The notes under the pieces are model-generated. The model searched no databases. It had not been told where the DNA came from and saw nothing but the letters and a program-made list of their open reading frames with translations. From assembly GCA_963678065.2 (NCBI GenBank), contig CAXXVZ010000005.1, positions 416,001-480,000 on the forward strand: a stretch of DNA of 64,000 nt, written 5' to 3'. This stretch comes from Treponemataceae bacterium. GTDB taxonomy: Bacteria > Spirochaetota > Spirochaetia > Treponematales > Rectinemataceae. Each line of letters begins with the position of its first letter. Positions within the stretch are counted from its first letter, which is position 1. A program made the translations under genes and the position numbers. Of this stretch, positions 40,357 to 50,066 are shown piece after piece.

Positions 40357-41213
40357 ACGAGAGGATGAAGGAAAACACGACGACTGCGACAACCGCGATG
40401 ACCGCGGCCAGGGGAAGCCGGAGAGGCCGGATGCGCTATCTGGTCCAGACGGTTTCGCTGCTGGTCTTTCCCGTGACGCTGAACTACATGTCGCCCTATG
40501 TCATACTCGACGGGGCTTTCCAGGGGATCGTGACGGGGTCGGCGCTGCTCTTCGTGGCGCTGTTCCTGACCGCGCCCTTCCTCGGAAGATCCTGGTGCGC
40601 CTGGGTCTGTCCGGCCGGAGGGATCCAGGATCTGCTCGCAAAGACAAATCCTTCGCGCTTCGGCGGCGCGAAGGGCAAAGGCGCGGACCTCGTCAAATAC
40701 CTCATCTGGGCAGTCTGGATGGGGACGATCACGTTCGCATTCTCCAGGGCGGGGATCAGGGCCGTGCATCCCCTGCATCTGACGGAAACGGGGATATCGG
40801 TCGACGCTCCGCTGCGGTACATCATCTACTACGGCGTCATCGCGATATTCTTTGTCGCGGCGCTGCTTCTGGGCAAGCGCGCCGCCTGCCACTCGCTCTG
40901 CTGGATGGCGCCTTTCATGATTCTGGGTCGAAAGCTCGGCGATCTCGCCCGTCTGCCGGGAATCCGGCTTGTGGCTTCTCCGGAGCGCTGTGTGTCATGC
41001 GGAAACTGCGCGCGGGTCTGCCCGATGAGCCTCGATGTGGGAACAATGGCGAAGACAGGGAGGGCCGGACATGCAGAATGCATTCAGTGTGGGCTCTGCG
41101 CGGAAGGCTGTCCGGCCGGAGCCCTCAGGCTCGGATTCGGGAAAGCCGGAAGAAACGGGGCAGGCGCGGGAATGGGCAGGGCACAGGCCGGAGAAAAGCG
41201 GAGGATAGACTGA
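40353..41213 (+). CDS. Membrane 4Fe-4S binding protein (NapH/MauN-like polyferredoxin)
   Basis: GRSWCAWVCP, ACHSLC, CVSCGNCARVCP and CIQCGLCAEGCP; transmembrane helices; ATGA overlap with padR. Confidence 0.88.
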   Translation: MNERMKENTTTATTAMTAARGSRRGRMRYLVQTVSLLVFPVTLNYMSPYVILDGAFQGIVTGSALLFVALFLTAPFLGRSWCAWVCPAGGIQDLLAKTNPSRFGGAKGKGADLVKYLIWAVWMGTITFAFSRAGIRAVHPLHLTETGISVDAPLRYIIYYGVIAIFFVAALLLGKRAACHSLCWMAPFMILGRKLGDLARLPGIRLVASPERCVSCGNCARVCPMSLDVGTMAKTGRAGHAECIQCGLCAEGCPAGALRLGFGKAGRNGAGAGMGRAQAGEKRRID

Positions 41214-41235
41214 CCCCGGGGCGCTTCCCGGAAAG

Positions 41236-41976
41236 TCAGGCCGGGCGCCGCAGCTCGGCGAGCTTCGCGAGGGCACTCTCCAGGTGGGAGCGGATCGCGG
41301 CGCTCGCGGCTTCGGGATCGCGCGCCCCGATCGCGTCGACGAGGGCGCGATGTTCGTCGAGCACCTTGCCGGACCAGTTCTCCAGGGCGAGCAGCCGCGT
41401 CCGGGAGATGACGATGTAGCGCTCCATCGTCGCCGAGAGCCCCTCGTAGACCCTCTCCAGCACGGGATTGTGGCAGGCGTTCACGATGAGGCTGTGGAGG
41501 AGGCTGTCCCAGGCCGCACCCGACGAGGAGCCCCTGTCAGGGTCGTTCTGCACGGCTTCGAGATGGCTCACGCACTCCTTCATGCGGGCGAGCTCCTCCT
41601 CCGTCCTGCGCGCCGCGGCGAGAGAAGCGGCCGGGACTTCGATGACGAGACGCATCTCCATGAGGTGGGAGAGTATGTCCTCAGGCCACATCGCGAGGAA
41701 CTTGAGGCTGGCGGCATAGTCGCCGGCTCCCTGGGCGACGATGAAGGTCCCCTGACGCTCGCGTATTTCGACGATTCCCATGACTTCCAGGGTGATGATG
41801 GCCTCGCGCAGGAGGTTGCGGCTGACCCCGAGGCTGGCGGCGAGCTCACGCTCGGGAGGAAACTGTCCGGCCGGAAAGCGCCCCGGCTGGCGGATGAGGT
41901 CGGTCAGGGTCCTGAGAAGCTCGGCGCGTTTTTTTTCCAAAATCACCCTCCGGCGGAACGATTCACGCTTTGACAT
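41236..41976 (-). CDS. FadR/GntR family regulator
   Basis: PPERELA..GVSR..LREA..GTF; FCD domain. Confidence 0.92.
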   Translation of the reverse strand: MSKRESFRRRVILEKKRAELLRTLTDLIRQPGRFPAGQFPPERELAASLGVSRNLLREAIITLEVMGIVEIRERQGTFIVAQGAGDYAASLKFLAMWPEDILSHLMEMRLVIEVPAASLAAARRTEEELARMKECVSHLEAVQNDPDRGSSSGAAWDSLLHSLIVNACHNPVLERVYEGLSATMERYIVISRTRLLALENWSGKVLDEHRALVDAIGARDPEAASAAIRSHLESALAKLAELRRPA

Positions 41977-42066
41977 CCCGCCTTCGTGCCGGCGACAGGT
42001 GGCTTGTCGATTCCTTGACGACAGTATACGCGAGTGCTAGAATAAAGACAAGGTCGTGGTACTGCC

Positions 42067-42079
42067 TTGGTAGTACCAA
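42067..42079. promoter_or_regulatory. FadR-type operator
   Basis: TTGGTAgTACCAA palindrome (TGGT-N3-ACCA) between the divergent fadR-like gene and ilvD. Confidence 0.72.
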
Positions 42080-42162
42080 CAATATGACAAGGTGTGGATG
42101 AACAGGCAGCGGTTCCCGGCATGAGACCCGCCTGCGAATGAACCACACAATGGAAGGCAAAC

Positions 42163-43824
42163 ATGAGAAGCGACAGAGCGAAAAAAGGCATCGACAGGGC
42201 GCCGCACCGCTCCCTGATGAAGGCATCCGGCTACACGGACTGGGAGATCGAGCGCCCCTGGATCGGCGTCGTGAATGCTTACAACGCGATAATCCCCGGC
42301 CATGTCCACCTGAAACGCCTCGCCGAGGCCGTAAAGGCGGGTGTCTACGCGGCGGGAGGGCTCCCGATCGAGTTCCCCGTCATCGGCGTCTGCGACGGCA
42401 TCGCGATGAACCACGCGGGCATGAAGTATTCTCTGCCCAGCCGCGAGATCATCATGGACTCCATCGAGATCATGGCACAGGGCCACGCGATGGACGGTCT
42501 CGTCATGGTGACGAACTGCGACAAGATCATCCCCGGCATGGCGATGGCTGCGGCGAGGCTGAACATCCCGAGCATCGTGGTCTCGGGCGGCCCCATGCTC
42601 GCCGGTATCCACGAGGGAAAGGAGATCGATCTCTCCAGCGTCTTCGAGATGGTCGGCAAGTGCATGGCCGGAAAAGCGACGGAGGAGGAGCTTCACGCGG
42701 TGGAGAACGCCGCCTGCCCCGGCTGCGGCTCCTGTGCCGGCATGTTCACCGCGAACACGATGAACTGCATGATGGAGGTTCTCGGCCTCGCCCTGCCGGG
42801 CAACGGCACGATTCCGGCTGTCTACGCTGAGCGCGACAGGCTCGCGAAGGATGCGGGGCGCACGATAATGAGCCTCGTCGAAAAAGACATAAAGCCGCGC
42901 GACATCCTGACCATGGAGGCCTTCAAAAACGCGGTGGCAGTCGACCTCGCCCTCGGCGGATCGACGAACACGGCCCTCCATCTGCCCGCGATCGCCCACG
43001 CGGCCGGCCTCGAGCTTCCTCTCGAACTCTTCAACAGCATCGGAACCAAGGTCCCCCACCTCTGCAGCATGAGCCCCGGAGGCTCCCATCACATCCAGGA
43101 CCTCTACCGCGCGGGCGGCGTGCAGGCCGTCATGGCGAGGCTGGCGGCGGGCGGGCTCCTCTACACAGACTGTGTCACGGCGACGACGAAGACCGTGGGC
43201 GAAAACGTCGCAGGCGCGAAGGTGCTCGACGAGAATGTCATCCGTCCCCTCTCGGCGCCCTACCACGCGCAGGGCGGACTCGCCTTCCTGAAAGGGAGCC
43301 TCGCGCCGGAGGGTGGCATCGTGAAACAGTCTGCCGTCGCGCCCGAGATGCTCGTGCACTCGGGTCCCGCGCGCGTCTACAACAGCGAGGAAGAAGCCTA
43401 CGAGGCGATCCGCAGACGCGAGATAAAGGACGGCGATGTCGTCGTAATCCGCTACGAGGGACCGAAAGGCGGCCCCGGCATGCGCGAGATGCTCAGCCCC
43501 ACATCGGCCCTCGCGGGCATGGGCATGGACAAGACCGTCGCCCTCATCACGGACGGCAGGTTCTCGGGCGCGACGCGCGGCTCGGCCATCGGCCACGTCT
43601 CGCCCGAGGCGGCAGCGGGCGGCCCCATCGCCCTCGTCAGGGAAGGCGACATCATCGCCATCGATATCCCGAACAAGACGCTCGATCTTCTCGTCGACGA
43701 GGCCGAGCTGGGCAGGCGGCGCGCAGTCCTCGTTCCCTACGTACAGCCCGTGGACAGTCCCTTCCTGAACCGCTACCGGAAGGTCGTCACCTCGGGCGTG
43801 AACGGCGCCGTTTTGCTCGAATAA
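42163..43824 (+). CDS. ilvD: Dihydroxy-acid dehydratase (IlvD/Edd family)
   Basis: [42 protein letters not shown] and TDGRFSG. Confidence 0.93.
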   Translation: MRSDRAKKGIDRAPHRSLMKASGYTDWEIERPWIGVVNAYNAIIPGHVHLKRLAEAVKAGVYAAGGLPIEFPVIGVCDGIAMNHAGMKYSLPSREIIMDSIEIMAQGHAMDGLVMVTNCDKIIPGMAMAAARLNIPSIVVSGGPMLAGIHEGKEIDLSSVFEMVGKCMAGKATEEELHAVENAACPGCGSCAGMFTANTMNCMMEVLGLALPGNGTIPAVYAERDRLAKDAGRTIMSLVEKDIKPRDILTMEAFKNAVAVDLALGGSTNTALHLPAIAHAAGLELPLELFNSIGTKVPHLCSMSPGGSHHIQDLYRAGGVQAVMARLAAGGLLYTDCVTATTKTVGENVAGAKVLDENVIRPLSAPYHAQGGLAFLKGSLAPEGGIVKQSAVAPEMLVHSGPARVYNSEEEAYEAIRRREIKDGDVVVIRYEGPKGGPGMREMLSPTSALAGMGMDKTVALITDGRFSGATRGSAIGHVSPEAAAGGPIALVREGDIIAIDIPNKTLDLLVDEAELGRRRAVLVPYVQPVDSPFLNRYRKVVTSGVNGAVLLE

Positions 43825-43877
43825 GACGAGTCCTACTCGATCAAAACGAGTGATCCTGGAATAGACACGGGCAGGAC

Positions 43878-43906
43878 TTGACGCTGGTATTACTATGTAT
43901 TACTTT
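43878..43906 (+). promoter_or_regulatory. Sigma70-type promoter of the metal ABC operon
   Basis: TTGACG-N17-TACTTT; the spacer and -10 region contain GTATTAC twice. Confidence 0.6.
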
Positions 43907-43988
43907 ACGGAAGATCGAAACCCCGCAGCGAGCTGTGGGTAAACGATCCACTTCCGAACCAAAGCATACATTCCGGAGGAGCCAGCCC

Positions 43989-44948
43989 ATGAGACCTGCC
44001 CGCATCTTCCTCGGAGCCGCTATCGCGATCGCGGCGATAATGAATGTCCCCGCCTTGGGCGGCGCCCAGGGCGGTGCGAGTCAGTCCGGCACGGCGAAAC
44101 CCTTCGTCGCGGTCAGCATCCTTCCCCTCCAGTATTTCGCGCAAAGGGTGGGCGGAGACCGGATACAGGTCCTCGTGCTCGTCGGCCCGGGACAGAGCCC
44201 CCACTCCTACGAGCCGACGCCCCGGCAGATGGCCTCTTTGGGGCAGGCTGTCGCGTGGTTCACGACCGAGGTCGAGTTCGAGAACAGCCTCATCCCCAAA
44301 ATCCGGGGCCTCTATCCCAAGCTGCGGATCGTGGATACCGCGGACGGCGTTCCGACCCGCGCTCTCGAGTCCCACAACGATGGGGAGAGCGGGGATGGTC
44401 ACAAGGATGAGTCCGGACGGGACCCACACATCTGGCTCGGCAAGACGGGGGCACTCCGCCAGGCGGCTGCGATGCGCGATGCTCTTTCGCAGATCGATCC
44501 TCAGGGCGCCACGATCTACCATAAAAACTACGAGGCCTTCGCTCAGGACGTCGAGACTGCTTTCGCCGCTTTGTCAAAGGATTTGGCTCCTCTCAAGGGC
44601 AGACCCGTGTTCGTGTACCACCCCGCATTCGGCTATTTCCTCGACGAGTTCGGAATCAGGCAGGTCGCGGTGGAAACAGGCGGGAAGGAGCCGACGCAGA
44701 AGACCCTGGCCTCTCTCATCGCACAGGCCAGGAAGGAGCGGGCCCGGGTCATCTTCGTGCAGCCGCAATTCTCCAAGACGGCGGCGAAATCCGTCGCGCA
44801 GGCGATCGGCGGCACAGTCGCGGAGTTCGACGACCTCGCGGCCGACTGGCTCGACAATCTGAGGCGCATGGGCGCGGCCCTCGGGGCGGCCGCCGGGCCA
44901 TCTATGCCCGCCGGTCCCACTGGGGCGGCGGGGCCGGCCGCACGGTGA
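43989..44948 (+). CDS. znuA: Zn/Mn ABC substrate-binding protein
   Basis: SPHSYEP, DPHIW, YHPAFGY and E..GKEP. Confidence 0.9.
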   Translation: MRPARIFLGAAIAIAAIMNVPALGGAQGGASQSGTAKPFVAVSILPLQYFAQRVGGDRIQVLVLVGPGQSPHSYEPTPRQMASLGQAVAWFTTEVEFENSLIPKIRGLYPKLRIVDTADGVPTRALESHNDGESGDGHKDESGRDPHIWLGKTGALRQAAAMRDALSQIDPQGATIYHKNYEAFAQDVETAFAALSKDLAPLKGRPVFVYHPAFGYFLDEFGIRQVAVETGGKEPTQKTLASLIAQARKERARVIFVQPQFSKTAAKSVAQAIGGTVAEFDDLAADWLDNLRRMGAALGAAAGPSMPAGPTGAAGPAAR

Positions 44949-45005
44949 GCGCAGGCTACACGCCGCCTTGCCTTTCGGCGGCCCCGGACGTAGTATAAAA
45001 ATTAC

Positions 45006-45863
45006 ATGGTACCGAACGCAGCACAGAAAAACTCAGGCCCTTTCTCCACTCCCCACGAGACATCGCGGACGGAGACAGTCGCGGTACGATTTGACGGTGT
45101 CGCCTTCTCCTACGGCGACACCCCCGTACTCGAAAACGTTTCTTTCCACATACACACGGGCGAATTCACCGCCCTCGTCGGCCCCAACGGCTCGGGCAAG
45201 ACGACCTTGCTCCGACTCCTCCTCGGTCTCGCGAGGCCTTCGTCCGGGACCATCACGGTCATGGGCCGCTCTCCCGAGGGCGCACGCAATTCCATCGGCT
45301 ACGTTCCCCAGCACGCCTCCTACGATCCGGCCTTTCCTATCTCGGTCTCCGAGGTTGTCCGCATGGGCAGACTCTCCGGCTCGACCAGGCGCTACAAGCC
45401 TGAAGACAAAGCCGCAGTCGAGCGCGCCCTCGTTCTCGCCGATGTCGCCGACCTCGCAGGCAGGCCCTATCCCGCCCTCTCCGGAGGACAGAGGCGCCGC
45501 GTCCTCGTCGCCAGGGCCCTCGCGGGGATGCCGACCCTCCTTGTCCTCGACGAGCCGACGGCGAACATGGACACGGAGAGCGAAGAGAGGCTCTACAAGA
45601 CCCTGGGCGGACTCAAAGGCGGCACCACCATCCTCGTCGTAACCCACGATACGGGCTTCGTCTCGGCGCTCACGGACGCCGTGCTCTGCGTCGGCGACCG
45701 CGGAGAGCGGGGCACGAGAAGCAGGAATGTCGTGCGGCACGCCTCCGTGCCCGCAGAGGGAGGCCTCCTGCCCGGCATCCTCGGCGGCAGTGTCAGGCGG
45801 GTCCTCCACGACACGGAAATCGCTCCCGACGACTGCTGTTGCTGCGGAAGGAAGGACGAATGA
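45006..45863 (+). CDS. znuC: Zn/Mn ABC ATPase
   Basis: GPNGSGKT, GYVPQ, LSGGQ and DEPT. Confidence 0.92.
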   Translation: MVPNAAQKNSGPFSTPHETSRTETVAVRFDGVAFSYGDTPVLENVSFHIHTGEFTALVGPNGSGKTTLLRLLLGLARPSSGTITVMGRSPEGARNSIGYVPQHASYDPAFPISVSEVVRMGRLSGSTRRYKPEDKAAVERALVLADVADLAGRPYPALSGGQRRRVLVARALAGMPTLLVLDEPTANMDTESEERLYKTLGGLKGGTTILVVTHDTGFVSALTDAVLCVGDRGERGTRSRNVVRHASVPAEGGLLPGILGGSVRRVLHDTEIAPDDCCCCGRKDE

Positions 45864-46717
45864 ATTTTTTCAGCGCCCTCGTCGACCCTACCCTTCCCTT
45901 CATCCGAAACGCGCTCCTGGCGGGCCTCCTCTCCTCTGTACTCTTCGGCGTCCTCGGCTCTGTCGTCACCGTCAAGCGCATCGCAGGGCTGGCGGGCGCC
46001 ATCTCCCACGCGGTCCTCGGCGGCATCGGCCTCGCCCTCTTCCTCTCGGTGAAGAAAATCATTCCCGGATTGCCGCCCATAGCCGGGGCCCTCGTCTTCG
46101 CGGTCCTTTCGGCTGTCCTCATCGGCGTCGTTTCGCTCAAGGCCAAACAGCGCGAGGACACCGTCATCAACGCGATCTGGGCCATCGGCATGAGCATCGG
46201 TGTCCTCTTCATCGCCAAGACCCCCGGCTACGCGGACCCGATGAGCTACCTCTTCGGCAACATACTCCTCGTCACGACGACGGACCTCATCCTCCTCGCC
46301 ATCCTCGACATTCTCGTCCTGTTCTGCGCCTGGAAGTTCTATCCTCAGATCGAAGCCTCCGCCTTCGACGAGGAATTCGCCCGCACGCGCGGCGTGAACA
46401 CCGATGTGGCTTTCCTCTCCATCCTCACGGTGGTGGCGCTCGCCGTAGTCCTCCTGCAGACATTCGTCGGCATCGTCATGGTCATCGCCATGCTCACCCT
46501 GCCTGCGGGAACCGCCGGATACCGCTCGCGCAATCTCGGGGGGATGATGATCTCGGCATCGATACTCAGCGCCCTGTTCTGTACGGCAGGACTCGCGCTG
46601 AGCTGGACCCTGGACCTGCCCGCGGGCGCCGTCGTCGTCGTCCTCTCCGGCCTCGCCTTCCTCGCGATGGCAGGTTCGCGGATGATATTCGCCGCCTTCG
46701 GAAGAGGAAGTCGCTGA
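45860..46717 (+). CDS. znuB: Zn/Mn ABC permease
   Basis: ISHAVLGG, YLFGNIL and FDEEFA. Confidence 0.92.
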   Translation: MNFFSALVDPTLPFIRNALLAGLLSSVLFGVLGSVVTVKRIAGLAGAISHAVLGGIGLALFLSVKKIIPGLPPIAGALVFAVLSAVLIGVVSLKAKQREDTVINAIWAIGMSIGVLFIAKTPGYADPMSYLFGNILLVTTTDLILLAILDILVLFCAWKFYPQIEASAFDEEFARTRGVNTDVAFLSILTVVALAVVLLQTFVGIVMVIAMLTLPAGTAGYRSRNLGGMMISASILSALFCTAGLALSWTLDLPAGAVVVVLSGLAFLAMAGSRMIFAAFGRGSR

Positions 46718-46961
46718 TGGATGGGGACGGGCAACAGGCTCCGGGAGGATCGATCAAGGTGTGCATGGAAACCTCCGAGAATGAGATTAGGATTTCCACG
46801 GACGATACAGGAATCGGCATCGCTCCCGAGAACCAGAGCCGCATTTTCGACCCCTTCTACCAGGTCCGCGGCGGGCGGATCTGGTCCGAGAGCGAGGCGA
46901 GGGAAAGGGCACCATCTTCCACTTCGCCATTCCGCGGGGAAAAACACCGGCGGCCTGCTAA
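46717..46961 (+). pseudogene. Histidine-kinase HATPase_c remnant
   Basis: DDTGIGI (G1) and IFDPFYQV (F box) join directly to GGRIWSESE, so the G2 box is missing. A frameshift then leads to GKGTIFHFAIP. No H or N box. Confidence 0.78.
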
Positions 46962-46993
46962 TTCGCCGTACTTCGGAACCTTTTGGAGTGACG

Positions 46994-48058
46994 ATGCGCG
47001 ATAAACCGCTCATTCTCGTGGTCGACGACAATGTCCAGAACCTTCAGGCCATGGAAGCCATGCTCGTGACCCAGGGCTACCGTGTGGAGCTCGCGGAAAA
47101 CGGCGTAGTGGCCCTCGATGTGGTCGATTCGAACCCGCCCGACCTCGTCCTCCTCGATGCGATGATGCCAGGCCTGGATGGCTTCGAGGTGACGCGGCGG
47201 ATCAAGTCCCGGCCTGAGGGGGCCCGCATTCCCGTCGTCATGGTGACGGCACTCTCCCAGATGGAAGACCGGGTCCGCGCGCTCGAGGTGGGCGCCGACG
47301 ATTTCATCAACAAGCCCGTGGACAAGACCGAGATACGCGCCCGAGTCAAATCGTTGCTCAAGGTCAAAAGCTATAACGACCACATGGCCAACCACCAGAG
47401 GGAACTCGAGGAGGAAGTCTCGGCGAGGACGAGAGAGCTCGAACAGGCCTTCCGGCGCCTGAAATCGGCCAACAAGGAAACCATCGTGCGCCTGTCGCGC
47501 GCGGCGGAATACAAGGACTCCAACACGGGCTCGCACATCCTCAGGATGAGCAACTACGCCCACATCGTCGCCATCAAGCTGGGCTACGGCGAAAAGGACG
47601 CGGAGGATCTCCTCGTCGCGGCGCCCATGCACGACATCGGCAAGATTGGCATCCCGGACCGGGTCCTTCTGAAGGCGGGTTCCCTCGACGACGACGAGTG
47701 GGCGATCATGAAGCGCCACTGCGAGATCGGCTTCAGCATCCTCTCGGGCTCGGATTCGGATTTCATCAGCCTCGGCGCGACGATAGCCTACACCCACCAC
47801 GAGAAGTGGGACGGAACGGGCTACCCCAACCGCCGGAAGGGCGAGGACATCCCCCTCGCCGGCCGCATCGTCACGATAGCCGATGTCTTCGACGCCCTGA
47901 CTTCGAGGCGGCCCTACAAGGCGCCTTTCTCGCTGGAGACATCCTTCGGCATCATCCGCGAGGGCCGCGGCAAGCATTTCGATCCGAAGGTGGTGGACGC
48001 GTTCTTCAGTGTCCAGGAAAAAATTCTCGCGATCATGGAGCAATTCCAGGATCCCTGA
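46994..48058 (+). CDS. REC + HD-GYP response regulator (RpfG-like cyclic di-GMP phosphodiesterase)
   Basis: VVDD, LLDAMMP and KP in REC; HDIGK, HHEKWDGTGYP and ADVFDAL..RPYK in HD-GYP. Confidence 0.94.
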   Translation: MRDKPLILVVDDNVQNLQAMEAMLVTQGYRVELAENGVVALDVVDSNPPDLVLLDAMMPGLDGFEVTRRIKSRPEGARIPVVMVTALSQMEDRVRALEVGADDFINKPVDKTEIRARVKSLLKVKSYNDHMANHQRELEEEVSARTRELEQAFRRLKSANKETIVRLSRAAEYKDSNTGSHILRMSNYAHIVAIKLGYGEKDAEDLLVAAPMHDIGKIGIPDRVLLKAGSLDDDEWAIMKRHCEIGFSILSGSDSDFISLGATIAYTHHEKWDGTGYPNRRKGEDIPLAGRIVTIADVFDALTSRRPYKAPFSLETSFGIIREGRGKHFDPKVVDAFFSVQEKILAIMEQFQDP

Positions 48059-48125
48059 GGCATCGCCATTCCGGCTCAAGGCGGTCCGGCCGCGGCTGTC
48101 ACGGTCGGACCGGGCCGGCGCGGAC

Positions 48126-48530
48126 TCAGGCCCTCTCGTACTCCTCGACCAACTCGACATTGTCCCCGAGAGTGAGACGCACGGGGCAGGCTTTCCCCGC
48201 GGCGACGAGTTTCCGGAAATCGCTGTCGGAGAACGCACCCCGGAGCGAATAGGTCACGGTGAGCTTTCCGATCCTGCGGGGCGGGCCGGCCATGTCCTTG
48301 GCGATCGAGAACTCGATTCCCTCAAGGGCGATGCCGTGATTCGCCGCGAACATGCCCATGATGGTCGTGGCGCAGGCTCCGAGGGAGACCGCGCAGAGGT
48401 CAGTGGGAGAGAAACTGGAACCATCGCCGCCATTGTCCACGGGGGCCGTAGTCCTGATGACGGCGCCGGAGGGGTGGCTCAGTTCGACTGTCGTCGGGCC
48501 GGTGCTCCGGCCACGCATGGTTACGCTCAT
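48126..48530 (-). CDS. OsmC family protein
   Basis: APVDNGG.G.SFSPTDL..SLGAC and ACPV; AAGGAG RBS. Confidence 0.9.
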   Translation of the reverse strand: MSVTMRGRSTGPTTVELSHPSGAVIRTTAPVDNGGDGSSFSPTDLCAVSLGACATTIMGMFAANHGIALEGIEFSIAKDMAGPPRRIGKLTVTYSLRGAFSDSDFRKLVAAGKACPVRLTLGDNVELVEEYERA

Positions 48531-48549
48531 ATGCCGCTCCTTGTCTGGG

Positions 48550-49077
48550 TCAGGCGAGCTCGGACTGACCGGCCGCGAGACTGTCGTGCTCGTCGATATC
48601 GTTCGCGTCCCAGGGGTAGACGATCCAGATGTCGGGGATGTCCCGCCCCGCGATGTAGTGTCTGACTTCCTGCGGAATGACGCCGCGCTTTTCCTTGAGC
48701 TTGTTGTGGAGGACCGCGACGGCAATCCCCGCCGGCTTGTGCCGCATGAGTTCGCGGATGCAGTACTCGAGAGTCGTGCGGGAATCGTCCACTTCGTCGA
48801 CGAGGAGAATGCGGCGGCCAGCCAGCTGGCGCTCCGCTTCTTCTATCCACTGGACCTTGCGCGGCGTGTCGGTGGGCTTGTCGTTGGCGTCGTAGTAGGC
48901 GACACCGACGGCCAGGATGGGCATTCCGAGGTAGGTCCTCATGATGCGGGCCGGTATGAAGCCGCCCGTCCCGATGGCCACGATGACGTCGGGATCGAAG
49001 CCGCTCGCGCGGACTTTCTCGGACATCTCGCGCGCCGTCTTGTGGATTTCCTGATACGTGAAGCGATGCTTTTCCAT
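48550..49077 (-). CDS. Type I purine phosphoribosyltransferase (Hpt1/Xpt1-like)
   Basis: VAIGTGGFIPARI, PRPP loop LLVDEVDDSRTTL, VLHNK and WIVYPWD. Confidence 0.88.
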   Translation of the reverse strand: MEKHRFTYQEIHKTAREMSEKVRASGFDPDVIVAIGTGGFIPARIMRTYLGMPILAVGVAYYDANDKPTDTPRKVQWIEEAERQLAGRRILLVDEVDDSRTTLEYCIRELMRHKPAGIAVAVLHNKLKEKRGVIPQEVRHYIAGRDIPDIWIVYPWDANDIDEHDSLAAGQSELA

Positions 49078-49137
49078 GTCGGGATTGTAAGAAGGTCGCT
49101 CCCGAAGGGCAAGTGGGGCGGGCTGCGGGGACGGTCC

Positions 49138-49878
49138 TCAGTCGGCCAGCCTTGAGGCGGAGCTTCCGCCCGAGCTGCGGATATCCGTGATGGAAGGCGA
49201 CCCGCGGTATTCGAGGCGCGACGCTCCGGAGAGTCCGCAGGAAAGGCTCGAAATCACGTTTATGACGGCAAAGCTGGCTCCCGAGGCGCCGAGTCGAACA
49301 TCGCGGGCAGAGAAAGATCCGGCGGCCAGGCGGGAAGCGCCGGAGAGATCGGCGCTGAGACTGTCGGCGGCACCCCCCCGCAGGCTGATTCTCGAAGCGC
49401 CGGAAGCGTCGGCATCGACCTTGTCGTATTCGAAGACGCCCGCCACACTGCTCGCGCCGGAAAGACTCAGCTTCAACCCCGATCCGGAGAATGTCTCGAT
49501 TTCAAAGCTTGTCGCCCCCGAGCCCGCTATCCCCGCGAGTTCCGGCATGGAAATTTCGATGAAAAGCTCATTCATGTGATGCACGCTGATGCCCGGCTTC
49601 CAGTGGATATGAAGCGCTCCGGAGCGCACTGTGGTTTCCAGCTCGGGAATGAGATTCGAGTCCGTGCGGATGAGGATACCGGGCGCTCCGCGAGATATGT
49701 GTACGCGCGCGGCCCCCGCGACATCGACGGAGCTGAAGCTTCCGACCGAGCGCGACTCGGTCGCCATGATGCCGTTGCCCTGGATACTGGCGAAGGGGAC
49801 GGCGAGGCCCAACAAACAGGAAGAAAGAAGCGCGACAAGCGCGGCGCCCCCGACGAAATGATGCAGATGATTGCGCAT
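49138..49878 (-). CDS. DUF2807 (head GIN domain) beta-helix lipoprotein
   Basis: Lipobox LLSSC; GNG..E.R and D.NL motifs; repeated SGAS units; YRGSP. Confidence 0.85.
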   Translation of the reverse strand: MRNHLHHFVGGAALVALLSSCLLGLAVPFASIQGNGIMATESRSVGSFSSVDVAGAARVHISRGAPGILIRTDSNLIPELETTVRSGALHIHWKPGISVHHMNELFIEISMPELAGIAGSGATSFEIETFSGSGLKLSLSGASSVAGVFEYDKVDADASGASRISLRGGAADSLSADLSGASRLAAGSFSARDVRLGASGASFAVINVISSLSCGLSGASRLEYRGSPSITDIRSSGGSSASRLAD

Positions 49879-49982
49879 GGTTTTATCCTTGCTGACGGAA
49901 TTGGCTTTCAGAGGTAAAACTATCCCGGCGGAAACGGAATCTCAGGGCTGTGGATAAAAAACGCGCATTTGGCTCGCACAGG

Positions 49983-50048
49983 TTGACGACAGGAATCCTC
50001 GCAATTATGTTATGAACAGCGTTCATAACATATGAACATTGTTCATAT
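49983..50048 (+). promoter_or_regulatory. Promoter with tandem TetR-type operators
   Basis: TTGACG-N17-TATGTT; palindromes TATGAACagcGTTCATA (50011-50027) and TATGAACattGTTCATA (50031-50047). Confidence 0.8.
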
Positions 50049-50066
50049 ATCCATTATACCTTCAGG

